DNA from: a virus
Taxonomy: Duplodnaviria; Caudoviricetes
DNA: 31,392 nt
Virus record (IMG/VR): IMGVR_UViG_3300020457_000047
Coordinates: 1 to 31,392 of that record
Strand: one strand, 5' to 3'
In this document: positions 17,729 through 28,060 of the stretch, one piece after another
How positions within the stretch are numbered: position 1 is the stretch's first letter
Layout: each line of letters opens with the position of its first letter
Made by a program: the position numbers and the translations under genes
The notes under the pieces: generated by a model
Told to the model about the DNA's origin: nothing
Seen by the model: the letters and a program-made list of their open reading frames with translations, nothing else
Databases searched by the model: none

Positions 17729-20700
17729 ATGGCATTAAATTTAAATACATCACCATATTACGACGACTTTAACGATGACAATAGATTCCATCGTGTATTG
17801 TTTAAGCCTGGCGTACCAGTACAAGCTAGAGAACTAACACAATTACAAACTATATTACAAGACCAAATGGAAAAAGGTTTTGGTTTTGTTGTACAAGAAG
17901 GTGCAGTAATAACAGGTTGTGCAGAGACACTTAGAGATGTAGATTATATTAAAGTTAATGACACAGACGCAGCAGCGGTTACAATTAATAATACAGATCT
18001 AGTAAAATATAAAGATAAAGAAATTATAGGTTCTGTTACAGGTTTAAAAGCAATAATACAAGATACAGAAACAGGTACTGTAGCAGGAAATCCTAATTTA
18101 AAAACTTTATATATTAAATATTTAAATACAGTTTCAGGACATGAACACTTTGCTTCTGGAGAAACTTTATCAGTTTATACACCCAATGAGGATACACAAA
18201 CAGCAAGAGATGCTGGTACAGAATTAAATGGTTTTACTTTTGTTGTAAATAATTTAGATGACGGCACAAGAGCAGGATCGTTTCATGGTAAAACAAGTGA
18301 TATTACCTTACAACCAGGTATCATACATGCTCGTGGCTCATTTATTAAAACAGATAAAATTACAGCAAGATTAGACAAATACAACAACTTAAAAAGAAAA
18401 CACATAGGTTTTGTTATAACGGAATCTATACAACAAGCGGCAACAGATACAACATTACTTGATCCTGCACAAGGATCATTTAACTTTAATGCACCTGGAG
18501 CAGACAGACTTAAATTTACAGTTACATTATCCTCTATTGATGAGACAGCAACTAAACCTGAAAACTTTTACACATACGCACATGTTAGTATAGATGGCAT
18601 AGAAAGAATAGGACTTAAGGATAATCCTTTAGCAGGTTTAGGAGACATACTAGCAAACAGAACATACGACGAATCAGGCAATTATCTTGTTAGAGGTAAT
18701 GGAGTTTCCTTAAGAGAACATTTAAATGATGGTACAAATGGTGGTGTTTTTACAGCCGGAGATTCTGGTTCAAGAGCAGCGCTTGTAGTACAGATAGATC
18801 CAGGTGTTTCTTATGTAGGTGGTTTCAAGAGAGAATTACAAAGTTCTAAAAGAATACCTATAATGAAATCTAGTGAATATATCACTAAAGAATCACAACC
18901 TATTTCAACTTCATATGGTAACTACATAGAAATTAATTATGTAGAAGGAATATTTGATGTTGACGGCGGTGCTAAAATAGAACTATATGACGCAGTACAA
19001 GACGGAAATGCCTCAGCACAAGGAAACAAAGTTGGAGAAGCTAAAGTAAGACAACTTGTTTATGAAAGTGGCACACCAGGAAACACAGCAGCAGTTTATA
19101 GACTTTATGTTTATGATCTAACAATGATGAGCGGAGACTTTACAGCAGTTAAAGGTGTAAGGTTTAATAGTGGTGACGCTTTTGGAGGAGTAGCAAATAC
19201 AGTTCTTGTAAGCAGTAAAGCACAAATTAAAGAAAGTAAAGTAAACAAATTAGTTTACAGATTGTCTGAAAACAATATTAGGACATTAAAAGCAGAATCA
19301 GGCGGAACATATGATTACACATATCAATACCAAAAGGAATTTGATATATCATTAAATACTACTGATGGAACAGGTTCATTAACATTATCAGGCAACGAAA
19401 CATTTCCTTATTCAGGAACATTAACAGATACACAAAAAAGAGATTTTATACTTGTAGCAAAAGCAGGATTTACACAAAACTCTGCTACAGTTGCAGTAGG
19501 AGAACATATAGATTTAACTTCAAATAATAGTAATGCATCTGTTACAGTAAACAGTGCAACATCAATTACTATTGATACAGGTGGAGCTATTACAGGAACA
19601 AGTACAGTAAGAGTTTATGTACCCGTACAAGTAGCAGATGCTACACCTATTGCCAAAACATTATCATCAGGCAAATATGTAAAAATAGATACAAATACAC
19701 ACTCTGCAGGAACATCAGGAGAATATAGTCTTGGTGTTTCAGACTTATACGAAATAGAAAGTATAAGAGCACATACATCTGCTTTAACATCAGATACAGA
19801 TGGAATAGATGTTACAAACGAATTTAGAGTTTCTAATGGACAAGAAGATAACTTCTACGGACTTGCAAAAATAATTAAGAAAAATTCAAGTACATTAGAT
19901 CTTTCAACAAACGATCATTTATTAATTAAATTTTCTTACTTTGACTCTACAGTATCAAGCGCTACATTTGCTTGTTTTGATAGTTATCCTGTAGATGATG
20001 TAACAGCAACTTTACCTTCAGGTAAAATTAGAACAGAAGATATACCTAACTTCCAATCACAAAAATATGGAGAGTTTAATTTAAGAGATTGTGTTGACTT
20101 CCGTCCTTATATGACAAACACAGCAACAATCACAGGAACAATAGCAAGTGCTACAACTAATCCAGCCAATGATAAAGTAATAAGTAGACCAGGTTCAGGC
20201 TTAACTAATCCTTTACCTACAAAAACATTTAGCACAGATTTATCTTATTACATAGGTAAAAAACTTAGAATTGTATTAGACTTTGATGGTAATTACAGAG
20301 TAGTAGAAGGAGCGTATGGTTTAAATCCTAAACTACCGGCAGAACCTGCACAGTCAATGACAATGGCAGAAATAGATCTTGTACCTTTTCCTTGTTTATC
20401 TCCTGAGTATGGTAAGGTAAAACAAAAAGGACAATATACAACTTCTATTAAAAATGTATCTCAAAAACGATACACAATGAAAAATATTAGTGGTTTAGAA
20501 CAAAGAATTAAAAACTTAGAATACTATGCCTCACTAAACTTATTAGAAAATTTTGCTAAAGATCAAACTATTGTAAACTCTGGAGGCACAGATAGATTTA
20601 AAAATGGTATCTTAGTAGATCCATTTACAGGACACAATATAGGATCTGTATTAGATCCTAATTATAAGATATCTATTGATCCTGATAGAAAACATGCAAG

Positions 20701-23700
20701 GCCATTTTTTGTATTAGAAAATATAGATACACAAGTACAAAGTAATATAGACAGAGATGCTACTTTCGCAGGTACACAATTAAAATTAACAGGCAATACA
20801 GTAACATTACCTTTCAATAGAATAGTTCTTACAGACCAAATGCAAGCTTCTCAGACAGAGAACTTAACAAAAGAATTATTATTTAAATACAATGGAGAGA
20901 TGGAACTAACTCCAGATGTAGATAACTTTGTAGACACAGCAATACAACCAGCAGTCAATGTAAACTTTGACGGTAACTATGATGCTTGGGAGAACATGTC
21001 TAATGCTTGGGGCACACAATGGGGTTCATGGGAAGACACAGGTGCAGCCAATGTAACAAGCAATACTTCATCACTAGACACATATAGCACAGGCGGGGGT
21101 GGCGGAAGCAGTGCAACATTTACCACTACAACAACAGAACAACAGCAGACAAGATCAGGTATAGCACTAAATGTTTCTGCCACAACTGAAACAAACTCTT
21201 TAGGAGAAAAAATTGTTGATATGGCAATAGCGCCATTTATGAGAAGTCGTCAAATTACAGTTACATGTACTAGACTAAAACCTGAAACAAGAGTTTATCC
21301 ATTCTTTGATGGAGAAGATGTATCAGAATTTTCTACATTACTAGATGGAACTACAACTACATTAACAACAGATGTAAACGGCAGACTAACATTTTTGTTT
21401 ACAATTCCTGCAGGAAGATTTAAAGCAGGCTCAAGAGTATTAAAAATAACTAATAACTCAGACAATGCAGCAACTAATGTTACAACACAGGCAAATGCTA
21501 TTTACGAATCTTCAGGTTTCATACAACAGAAACAAGATACTATTGTAGGATTTAAAACTGCAAATGTAAATTCAACAGAATTTGCAGATAACAGAGTAGT
21601 AACGGAACAAACAACAAATATTAGTATAGGAGCAGGAACACCTTTACCACCTCCTCCTCCACCTACTATTATTAATAATCCTGTACCTGTACCGGTTACA
21701 CCTCCACCAGCTACACCTGGACCTACTACACCGGCTCCCGTTGTACTTACAACAGTCAACACGGTTGCTCCGACAACTACAAGGGAACCGCCTACAACGA
21801 TATCAACACCTGCACCAGAACTAACTACTTTACCGCCTACAACTACGCAGACGCCACCAGTAACTACGCCTGTAACACCAGTAGTAACAACACCAGCGCC
21901 TACACCGCCTACAACAACACCTTTTGTTATAGACTTTGATGTTGATGAATTTTTAGCAGACTTTAGATGGGGCTTTAATATAGGCATGGGCATGGACCCA
22001 TTAGCACAAACATTTACAGTACCTAATGTCCCAGGCGGAGCATTTATTACTGACATTGAAGTGTTCTTTAAAAACAAACCTGCTACAGGTAGCAATGGTG
22101 TTACAATGCAAATAAGAGAGGTTATTAATGGTGTACCAGGACCTCGTATTTTGCCTAACGGTAGTAAGAGATTGGAAAGAGCAGAGATTAGTACTTCTAC
22201 AGAATCAGGAGGTACAACAACATTTACACCGACATCATTTACATTTGATAATCCTGTTTACTTACAAGGAGACAAAGAATATTGTTTCGTTCCTAAACCT
22301 GAAAATGATGACACAGGATATGATATATTCATTTCTCAATTAGGAGAAAATCAAATAGGAACAACAGAAAGAATTACTAAACAACCACATGGTGGAATGT
22401 TGTTCTCATCAGCTAACGATAGAACTTGGAACGCACATCAGAATCAGGACATCATGTTTAAAATGCACAGAGCAACATTTAAACAAGGAACAGTTTCAGG
22501 TAAAGTTTCCAATAATAATTTAGATTGGATAAACTTTAGTGATTACAGTACAACATCAGCAATAGCTTGGACGGCAGGAACATCTTTAGTAGGTCATACA
22601 CCTACAATTACTAATGCAGGAACAGGATATACAGGGCTAACACCTACAGTTACAGTAGACAATACAGGAACTAATGGTACAGGTTTAACAATGACGGCAA
22701 CGGTAACGGGAGATGTTATATCAGCTCTTACAGTTACTAATCCTGGTTCAGGTTATACAAGTGCTCCTACTATAACAATTTCTGCAGGAACAGGAACACA
22801 AGCAACAGGAACACTAACATTACAAAAAGGTAAAGTAGTAAATTATAACAGTTTAGACGAACAGGTTACATTGGATAGAGAAACAGATACAACACCATTT
22901 ACTACCTCACAATTGATAGGTAATACACAAGGTTTTGGAACAATAGGTTCGTTTACAGATAAAGTTATAAATGAAGTTGCACTAAACGCAGCTCTAATGA
23001 CACCACATCAATCAACAACTGCTACTGCAAGAGTTTCTATTAATGAAACAGGTGCAGCAAACGCAGTAGGAGATGCGGGAGTTTCAGAAGTTTATAGTGA
23101 ATTAGACTTTAATACTACAACAGAATTAGAAAAAGAACACACAATTTATAGTAGATCAAACGAAATTAGTTCTTACAGTTCTAATAAAACAGCACTATTA
23201 GAAGTTACAATGTCAACTAACTTAGAAAATATTAGTCCAGCAATAACATTAGATCAATTAGATCTTTTATGTATTGCTAATAGTGTAAACAATGATTCTA
23301 CTAATGAAGATACAAGATTTAAAGGAAACGCTTCTTCTCGGTATATAACAAGAAGAGTTAATCTTGAGGATGGCCAAGACGCAGAAGATATTATTGTATA
23401 TCTAGATGCAGCCATTCCAACAGAAGGAAATGTTAAGGTATATGGAAAACTAATGAATTCCTCAGACCAAGGCAATTTCCAAGAAGATTTAAGCTGGGTT
23501 GAATTATCATCAAGAACTGACCCGTTTGAATCAACAACTGATTTTGCAGAGTATAAGTATAACTTACCTGCCAAAGGTTCTAACGCAGCAGGACTTAATG
23601 GTTCAGGTGTATTTGAATACGATGTGAAATCTTTATTAAGTATTGCAGTTACAGCAGGAGGTTCTGGTTATAGTTCTAGTCCTACAGTAACAATAACTGG

Positions 23701-23971
23701 CGGAGGTGGTTATGGGGCAGCAGCTACAGCAACCGTATCCGGCGGAGTGATACAATCCATCGAGATTACAAATCCAGGTAGAGAATATACATCTACACCA
23801 ACGGTTACAATTACAGACAGTGGTGGCTCAAGTGCTACGGCAACTGCTACTGTAGGTACAGTAACACATACAGGCTTTAAAACCTTTGCAGTTAAGGTTG
23901 TGCCTTTAAGTACAACAACATCTAAAGTACCTTTCTTTAAGGACTTAAGAGCTATAGCGTTGCAGGTGTAA
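17729..23971 (+). CDS. Giant virion structural protein, VrlC/DUF4815-like (2080 aa)
   Basis: LN.SPYYDDF....[92 protein letters not shown]. This is the usual position after gp8 in marine T4-like phages. Confidence 0.85.
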   Translation: MALNLNTSPYYDDFNDDNRFHRVLFKPGVPVQARELTQLQTILQDQMEKGFGFVVQEGAVITGCAETLRDVDYIKVNDTDAAAVTINNTDLVKYKDKEIIGSVTGLKAIIQDTETGTVAGNPNLKTLYIKYLNTVSGHEHFASGETLSVYTPNEDTQTARDAGTELNGFTFVVNNLDDGTRAGSFHGKTSDITLQPGIIHARGSFIKTDKITARLDKYNNLKRKHIGFVITESIQQAATDTTLLDPAQGSFNFNAPGADRLKFTVTLSSIDETATKPENFYTYAHVSIDGIERIGLKDNPLAGLGDILANRTYDESGNYLVRGNGVSLREHLNDGTNGGVFTAGDSGSRAALVVQIDPGVSYVGGFKRELQSSKRIPIMKSSEYITKESQPISTSYGNYIEINYVEGIFDVDGGAKIELYDAVQDGNASAQGNKVGEAKVRQLVYESGTPGNTAAVYRLYVYDLTMMSGDFTAVKGVRFNSGDAFGGVANTVLVSSKAQIKESKVNKLVYRLSENNIRTLKAESGGTYDYTYQYQKEFDISLNTTDGTGSLTLSGNETFPYSGTLTDTQKRDFILVAKAGFTQNSATVAVGEHIDLTSNNSNASVTVNSATSITIDTGGAITGTSTVRVYVPVQVADATPIAKTLSSGKYVKIDTNTHSAGTSGEYSLGVSDLYEIESIRAHTSALTSDTDGIDVTNEFRVSNGQEDNFYGLAKIIKKNSSTLDLSTNDHLLIKFSYFDSTVSSATFACFDSYPVDDVTATLPSGKIRTEDIPNFQSQKYGEFNLRDCVDFRPYMTNTATITGTIASATTNPANDKVISRPGSGLTNPLPTKTFSTDLSYYIGKKLRIVLDFDGNYRVVEGAYGLNPKLPAEPAQSMTMAEIDLVPFPCLSPEYGKVKQKGQYTTSIKNVSQKRYTMKNISGLEQRIKNLEYYASLNLLENFAKDQTIVNSGGTDRFKNGILVDPFTGHNIGSVLDPNYKISIDPDRKHARPFFVLENIDTQVQSNIDRDATFAGTQLKLTGNTVTLPFNRIVLTDQMQASQTENLTKELLFKYNGEMELTPDVDNFVDTAIQPAVNVNFDGNYDAWENMSNAWGTQWGSWEDTGAANVTSNTSSLDTYSTGGGGGSSATFTTTTTEQQQTRSGIALNVSATTETNSLGEKIVDMAIAPFMRSRQITVTCTRLKPETRVYPFFDGEDVSEFSTLLDGTTTTLTTDVNGRLTFLFTIPAGRFKAGSRVLKITNNSDNAATNVTTQANAIYESSGFIQQKQDTIVGFKTANVNSTEFADNRVVTEQTTNISIGAGTPLPPPPPPTIINNPVPVPVTPPPATPGPTTPAPVVLTTVNTVAPTTTREPPTTISTPAPELTTLPPTTTQTPPVTTPVTPVVTTPAPTPPTTTPFVIDFDVDEFLADFRWGFNIGMGMDPLAQTFTVPNVPGGAFITDIEVFFKNKPATGSNGVTMQIREVINGVPGPRILPNGSKRLERAEISTSTESGGTTTFTPTSFTFDNPVYLQGDKEYCFVPKPENDDTGYDIFISQLGENQIGTTERITKQPHGGMLFSSANDRTWNAHQNQDIMFKMHRATFKQGTVSGKVSNNNLDWINFSDYSTTSAIAWTAGTSLVGHTPTITNAGTGYTGLTPTVTVDNTGTNGTGLTMTATVTGDVISALTVTNPGSGYTSAPTITISAGTGTQATGTLTLQKGKVVNYNSLDEQVTLDRETDTTPFTTSQLIGNTQGFGTIGSFTDKVINEVALNAALMTPHQSTTATARVSINETGAANAVGDAGVSEVYSELDFNTTTELEKEHTIYSRSNEISSYSSNKTALLEVTMSTNLENISPAITLDQLDLLCIANSVNNDSTNEDTRFKGNASSRYITRRVNLEDGQDAEDIIVYLDAAIPTEGNVKVYGKLMNSSDQGNFQEDLSWVELSSRTDPFESTTDFAEYKYNLPAKGSNAAGLNGSGVFEYDVKSLLSIAVTAGGSGYSSSPTVTITGGGGYGAAATATVSGGVIQSIEITNPGREYTSTPTVTITDSGGSSATATATVGTVTHTGFKTFAVKVVPLSTTTSKVPFFKDLRAIALQV
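21641..21922 (+). repeat. Pro/Thr/Val-rich low-complexity (mucin-like) tract inside the giant protein, 94 aa
   Basis: [33 protein letters not shown]...[24 protein letters not shown]. The DNA is C-rich relative to its flanks. Confidence 0.9.
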
Positions 23972-23972
23972 G

Positions 23973-24203
23973 ATGAACAAGTTACCTACAGGGATTATAA
24001 ATATTGAAGGAGAAAGGGATCTTGTAAGAGATCGTAACTCAAAGGCCTTACTCAATACAAACAACGAAAGTCTTAAAGCATATAAAATCAAAAGAAATGC
24101 TAATCTTAAGATAATAGAGTATGAAAATGATATAAATACTTTAAAGACTGAAATTGTTGAGATAAGGAAAACTTTAGAAATTTTAGTCAACAAAATTACA
24201 TAG
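23973..24203 (+). CDS. Small hypothetical protein with C-terminal coiled coil (76 aa)
   Basis: IEG..DLVRD..SKA.LN...Y...R...IN.LK.EI.EI...L pattern, commonly seen after VrlC-like genes in marine T4-like phages. Confidence 0.8.
   Translation: MNKLPTGIINIEGERDLVRDRNSKALLNTNNESLKAYKIKRNANLKIIEYENDINTLKTEIVEIRKTLEILVNKIT
24131..24138 (+). promoter_or_regulatory. Probable late promoter TATAAATA (second copy at 23996-24003)
   Basis: Two exact consensus copies inside the 76-aa gene, upstream of the fibre genes at 24212 and 24757. Confidence 0.55.
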
Positions 24204-24211
24204 GAAGAAAC

Positions 24212-24742
24212 ATGGCAACTTTAACATTAAGATCAGCAAAAGGTAGTCCTCTTACTAACAATGAGGTTGACGCTAACTTTACCAATCTTAATACTGATAA
24301 ATACGAATCAGGATCTAATGTATCATTAGGTACAATTTCTGGTACGACTGTATCTGTTACAAGTGTTACAACAACAGGAGCATTGAGTGTCGGAGGTTCT
24401 TCAACATTAAGTACTTCTGCTACTGTATCAGCAGCAGGCACAGATCAAGCAGGTGGTACAGCATTAACAAAGTCATATAATATTGTAACAACTTGTGCAG
24501 CTAACGCGGGTGTAGTACTCCCAGATTGTGCATCAGGTTTGGAAGCATTCATATTAAATGACACAGCTAACAATCTTAAGGTTTATCCTGCTTCAGGTGA
24601 ATCTATAGACGGTGGCTCTGCAAACGCAGCAGTTGATTTGGCACCTGGACATTCATTGAAATTGGTAGGAGTAAGCGCAACAAAATGGAACAGGTTAAGT
24701 CCTGTTATCATTTATAACTCATCGGGAACAAGAGTAAACTAA
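24212..24742 (+). CDS. Short fibre-like virion protein (176 aa)
   Basis: N-terminal TLR..KGSPLT..EVDANF..LN motif typical of phage fibre attachment segments, a Ser/Thr linker and a C-terminal GV.LP...G....I.N......VYP..GE.ID beta domain. Confidence 0.65.
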   Translation: MATLTLRSAKGSPLTNNEVDANFTNLNTDKYESGSNVSLGTISGTTVSVTSVTTTGALSVGGSSTLSTSATVSAAGTDQAGGTALTKSYNIVTTCAANAGVVLPDCASGLEAFILNDTANNLKVYPASGESIDGGSANAAVDLAPGHSLKLVGVSATKWNRLSPVIIYNSSGTRVN

Positions 24743-24756
24743 AGAGAAGATAGAAT

Positions 24757-26034
24757 ATGAGACCTCTAAGAATTAAAGCATCAGCATATCCAGTTAGTTC
24801 TGGCAACCTTCAGGGTTTGCAAGAAATGACAGACGCAGAAATTGAGCAGTATTATAGTGCAATTCTAACAAAAGACTTCGCAGACAATACTGACGGAACG
24901 GGTACAGCAGAGATTAATATCAATGGGTCTGGTACAACTATCGGAACAGCAACAGATACTAAAAGAGATGACGCAGTAGGAACACACCCAACAGATGGTG
25001 CAAGTTCTACGGTTACAACTTACACTGCTAAACAAATAGAAACAACAGCATCAGAAAGTATTACTAACAGACCTTTAGGGTATGTATCCTCAGGAACAGT
25101 TGGAATACATGAATTCGATGATACAGAATTGGATACAGACATTTTAGATAAAGTCGTAGATGATTTTGTTGCACAAGGCGATTACACAATAGGTCAATAT
25201 AAACTATCTACAAGTACTCCTTCAGGTGGTACTTGGACAACTAGATATACATTAGTCAACACAGAAGTTGATGGTACAAGCACAACATATTATATTTGGC
25301 AAAAGACAGCACCTACAACAGCAGCAGTAGATAATTTCAAACCATTAAGAGTACAAGGTGGTGGAGCCGGTGTACAGGAAATGACAGTTGCAGAGATGGA
25401 ACAAATTGTTCCTAATTTAAGAAATTACATGATTTCTAGTGGTAAAGGGAAATATGTATTACAAGCAGCAGCACCAGGCTCAGGTACTTGGGTAGATCAA
25501 GGTTCATTTACAGATACGAAAAAAGAAGTAGCAGCACAAAACTATACAGGTTCTTATGAAGGAACATACACAGGGGCTTATACAGGTGGTTATACAGGTG
25601 CCAAAAACTACGCAGGCACATATACAGGAACCTCAGCATACGCAGGAAATTATACAGGAGCTAAAAACTACGCAGGAACATACACAGGAACCTCAGGATA
25701 TTCTGGTACATACTCAGGAGACTATACAGGATCTTATGCAGCAGACTATGATGGGTATGCAGGTACTTCATACTCAGGAGATTACACAGGTACATATACT
25801 GGTTCCTATACAGGCGCTAAAAACTATACAGGTTATTACACAGGAACATCAGCATACGCAGGTTCTTACACAGGTGCTAAAAACTATGCAGGCACATATA
25901 CAGGAACATCTGCTTATTCAGGCACATATTCCGGAACATATACAGGATATTACTCAGGAACATATTCAGGAGACACAATCCAAAGTTCAGCAGAGAATGT
26001 CAGTACGGTAAAACTGTGGCTTAGAACTGCTTAA
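24757..26034 (+). CDS. Virion-associated protein with three internal PL..QEM repeats and a Tyr-x-Gly repeat tract (425 aa)
   Basis: Three repeats (RPLRIK..LQEMTDAEIEQ, RPLGYV..IHEFDDTELDT, KPLRVQ..VQEMTVAEMEQ) plus a 144-aa YxG tract. Last gene of the structural run, so a virion role is inferred. Confidence 0.65.
   Translation: MRPLRIKASAYPVSSGNLQGLQEMTDAEIEQYYSAILTKDFADNTDGTGTAEININGSGTTIGTATDTKRDDAVGTHPTDGASSTVTTYTAKQIETTASESITNRPLGYVSSGTVGIHEFDDTELDTDILDKVVDDFVAQGDYTIGQYKLSTSTPSGGTWTTRYTLVNTEVDGTSTTYYIWQKTAPTTAAVDNFKPLRVQGGGAGVQEMTVAEMEQIVPNLRNYMISSGKGKYVLQAAAPGSGTWVDQGSFTDTKKEVAAQNYTGSYEGTYTGAYTGGYTGAKNYAGTYTGTSAYAGNYTGAKNYAGTYTGTSGYSGTYSGDYTGSYAADYDGYAGTSYSGDYTGTYTGSYTGAKNYTGYYTGTSAYAGSYTGAKNYAGTYTGTSAYSGTYSGTYTGYYSGTYSGDTIQSSAENVSTVKLWLRTA
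25543..25974 (+). repeat. Coding tandem repeat: 12-nt YxGx units and four imperfect 60-nt units (YTGAKNYAGTYTGTSAYAGx)
   Basis: GG(T/A/C)GC(C/T)AAAAACTA recurs four times. The tract has 32 in-register Tyr. Confidence 0.92.
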
Positions 26035-26041
26035 TTAGCAG

Positions 26042-26049
26042 TATAAATA
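26042..26049 (+). promoter_or_regulatory. Late promoter TATAAATA for the 26071-27951 cassette
   Basis: Exact consensus in the intergenic gap, followed by a GGAGA Shine-Dalgarno and ATG 26071. Confidence 0.8.
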
Positions 26050-26070
26050 AACTTACATTATGGAGATATT

Positions 26071-26571
26071 ATGGCAAACGAAAAGGTCGTACTTGAAATT
26101 GATCCTACAGACATAAGTACAGTCCCAGCAGAAATAAAGAAACGAAACTTTGTTTACAAAGCTCCTTATTGGTCTAATAAGGATGCCAAACACATAATCG
26201 TTACACTTGAATATGAAGATGGTAGAAAATCTACAGCATCAATACAAGACAAAGATGGCACCAATCCAGATTACATAGCAATACTAGAAGAATTTGGAGA
26301 AGAAGTATTAGATAAAAATACTGAAGAAGGTGTAAAGCGTCGTGATGAACAAATCAAGAAAAGAATACAACGAAAAGAAACAGAAGCAGTTAGAGCTAGA
26401 CAAGAAAGATTATTCGGTGCCAAATTAGAAGCATTTGAAATAGGTGCAGTTAAAGAATCTAAGAACATAAATCTAAAAAGACTTATTCGTAAAGCTAAAT
26501 CTCCTATGGAAGTACAAGCATATACAACTATATTATTAATGGAGACATTGGATGAACAAAAGGAATCCTGA
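26071..26571 (+). CDS. Hypothetical protein, possibly a fibre assembly chaperone (166 aa)
   Basis: Good Shine-Dalgarno and late promoter. PYWSN.D...I.V.L.Y..G...TAS loosely recalls tail-fibre assembly proteins and is followed by a charged helix. Function is tentative. Confidence 0.55.
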   Translation: MANEKVVLEIDPTDISTVPAEIKKRNFVYKAPYWSNKDAKHIIVTLEYEDGRKSTASIQDKDGTNPDYIAILEEFGEEVLDKNTEEGVKRRDEQIKKRIQRKETEAVRARQERLFGAKLEAFEIGAVKESKNINLKRLIRKAKSPMEVQAYTTILLMETLDEQKES

Positions 26572-27304
26572 AGAGTTTCCTGAGAACGGCTTTGTAATTG
26601 TAGCGTCCTTAAAAGAAAGATATTATCAAGCAGCTATAGAATGTGCAGAGTCTGTTAAACTCTTTTGGCCTGACGCACATATAACCATATATGTAGATCA
26701 CGAAGAATGGATTAAGCCCTCTGATTGGAATGTAGCAGATTGGATAGTATCCTGGGAAGTGCCTAAACACATTAGAGCTAAACTTTGGGCTTTAGGTAAT
26801 ACGCCATATAAAGGAATAACTTGTTACTTAGATGCTGATATGGTTTGTCAACATGAAGATGTAGAAAACATTTTTGAACAAATGCCTGATGATTTAGATT
26901 TATTGTTTACAAAAATTAGACCTTATAATGCTAAGGTAACTAAACTTACAAACACAGAAGAAATGACAGCACATTGTGGTATGTTTTTGTATAGAAACAA
27001 TCCTCATACAATTAAACTTATGGAAGATTGGTATGGGGAATATTGTAAACAAACTTTGAAAAATGACACAGGTGGTTGGGTACATGAATTAGGAGGCGAC
27101 TATCCTGATGATGTAAGAAAGTGGGATACTTTTACAATGTGGCGATTACTTACATACGGAGATGGTAAGGTCAAGTGGGATGAAAATCTACACATAAGAT
27201 GGAATTTTATTAATGGACATTTGGATAGTGAATTAGAAGGCGAGGAAATTGTTTTTTGGCATTACACTATCCCAGAACATGAAGTACACTTAGGCAGAAA
27301 ATAA
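26552..27304 (+). CDS. GT-A fold glycosyltransferase (GT8 / nucleotide-diphospho-sugar transferase-like)
   Basis: GFVIVAS...YY..A....ESVK, RAKLWAL..TPY...T.YLDADM (DxD at 26831-26839), GMFLY, WD.F..W, RWNF, V.WHY. Confidence 0.8.
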   Translation: MNKRNPEEFPENGFVIVASLKERYYQAAIECAESVKLFWPDAHITIYVDHEEWIKPSDWNVADWIVSWEVPKHIRAKLWALGNTPYKGITCYLDADMVCQHEDVENIFEQMPDDLDLLFTKIRPYNAKVTKLTNTEEMTAHCGMFLYRNNPHTIKLMEDWYGEYCKQTLKNDTGGWVHELGGDYPDDVRKWDTFTMWRLLTYGDGKVKWDENLHIRWNFINGHLDSELEGEEIVFWHYTIPEHEVHLGRK

Positions 27305-27951
27305 TGAAATGGATTAACATATCAGATGAACTTCTAGAAATGTTAGATCCTTATGCCGAATGGTTTTTCCAACAAGACTTAGATTGGGTAAACGAAAAAG
27401 CAAACAAAAACGAAAAGAACACTAATACAATTGAACATGCCTGTTCAGATGAATACTTAAAAGAAATAATAGATAAAGATGGCAGGCATGTAGGATATCC
27501 TGAGATATCATATAGTTTTGATCTTAATCAGGGAGGAATACCTGGTGAGTTTCAAGAGAAATACAATGAGCTAACTGATGAACTCCTGGCATTCTTAGGT
27601 GCCAGGAACCAAGCGGTTCATGTATATTATCCTAAGAATGGATTCATGGGGTGGCACAATAACTGGAATGCACATGGATACAACATATTATTATCATATA
27701 CGAAACATGGGGGTGGGTTCTTTAAGTATAGAGATCCTGCCACCCATGAAGTAGTAGAGATGTTAGATCCTGGTGGTTGGTCTGGTAAAGTAGGGTATTA
27801 TGGCAGGGGCAGAGAACCCGATAAAGTCTATTATCATTGTGCAGGAACATACGAACCTAGGCTCACATTAGGGTTTGTTATCCCTAATATCGACATGTGG
27901 CGGTCCATGATTGAGGAAATATCTGGAGAAGATGCCTCACATTTCTCCTAA
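27304..27951 (+). CDS. Double-stranded beta-helix (cupin / 2OG-Fe(II) oxygenase-like) protein with an HxN motif
   Basis: YYPKNGFMGWHNN...ILLSY...GGFF.Y...YYHCAGTYEPRLTLGF gives a proximal His, distal His and downstream RxT. TAATG-coupled to the glycosyltransferase. Confidence 0.65.
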   Translation: MKWINISDELLEMLDPYAEWFFQQDLDWVNEKANKNEKNTNTIEHACSDEYLKEIIDKDGRHVGYPEISYSFDLNQGGIPGEFQEKYNELTDELLAFLGARNQAVHVYYPKNGFMGWHNNWNAHGYNILLSYTKHGGGFFKYRDPATHEVVEMLDPGGWSGKVGYYGRGREPDKVYYHCAGTYEPRLTLGFVIPNIDMWRSMIEEISGEDASHFS

Positions 27952-28000
27952 ACCCTTGTTCTTACAGTAAAAAAGATTACAAAAATAACCCTAAAAATGC

Positions 28001-28029
28001 TTGACCTTTGGTTCGTCAGAGTGCATAAT
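28001..28029 (+). promoter_or_regulatory. Sigma70-type early promoter
   Basis: TTGACC (28001-28006), 17-nt spacer, CATAAT (28024-28029), A-tracts upstream (UP-element-like) and a GAGGA Shine-Dalgarno before ATG 28061. Confidence 0.75.
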
Positions 28030-28060
28030 ACATGTATATTAAATAAAAAGTGAGGACTTT

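Noticed and set aside
21600-22020. Intein at the variable site before DPLAQTF
   Set aside because: No Cys/Ser-starting Hint block or terminal HN motif, only low-complexity sequence.
21502-22095. 197-aa minus-strand Gly/Val-rich ORF
   Set aside because: Antisense of the Pro/Thr tract in the giant structural gene.
25543-25974. CRISPR array, ice-nucleation repeat or diversity-generating retroelement
   Set aside because: The repeats are in frame, vary at synonymous positions and have no unique spacers. They do not match the AGYGSTxT ice-nucleation octapeptide. No reverse transcriptase or adenine-specific TR/VR pair is visible.
25556-26011. 151-aa alternative-frame ORF rich in Gln/Ile/His
   Set aside because: By-product of the YxG repeat lacking stops in another frame. 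No Shine-Dalgarno or independent features.
27952-28060. tRNA, ncRNA or intrinsic terminator in the largest intergenic gap
   Set aside because: No cloverleaf or GC-rich hairpin with a U tract. The gap is explained by A-tracts and the sigma70-type promoter.
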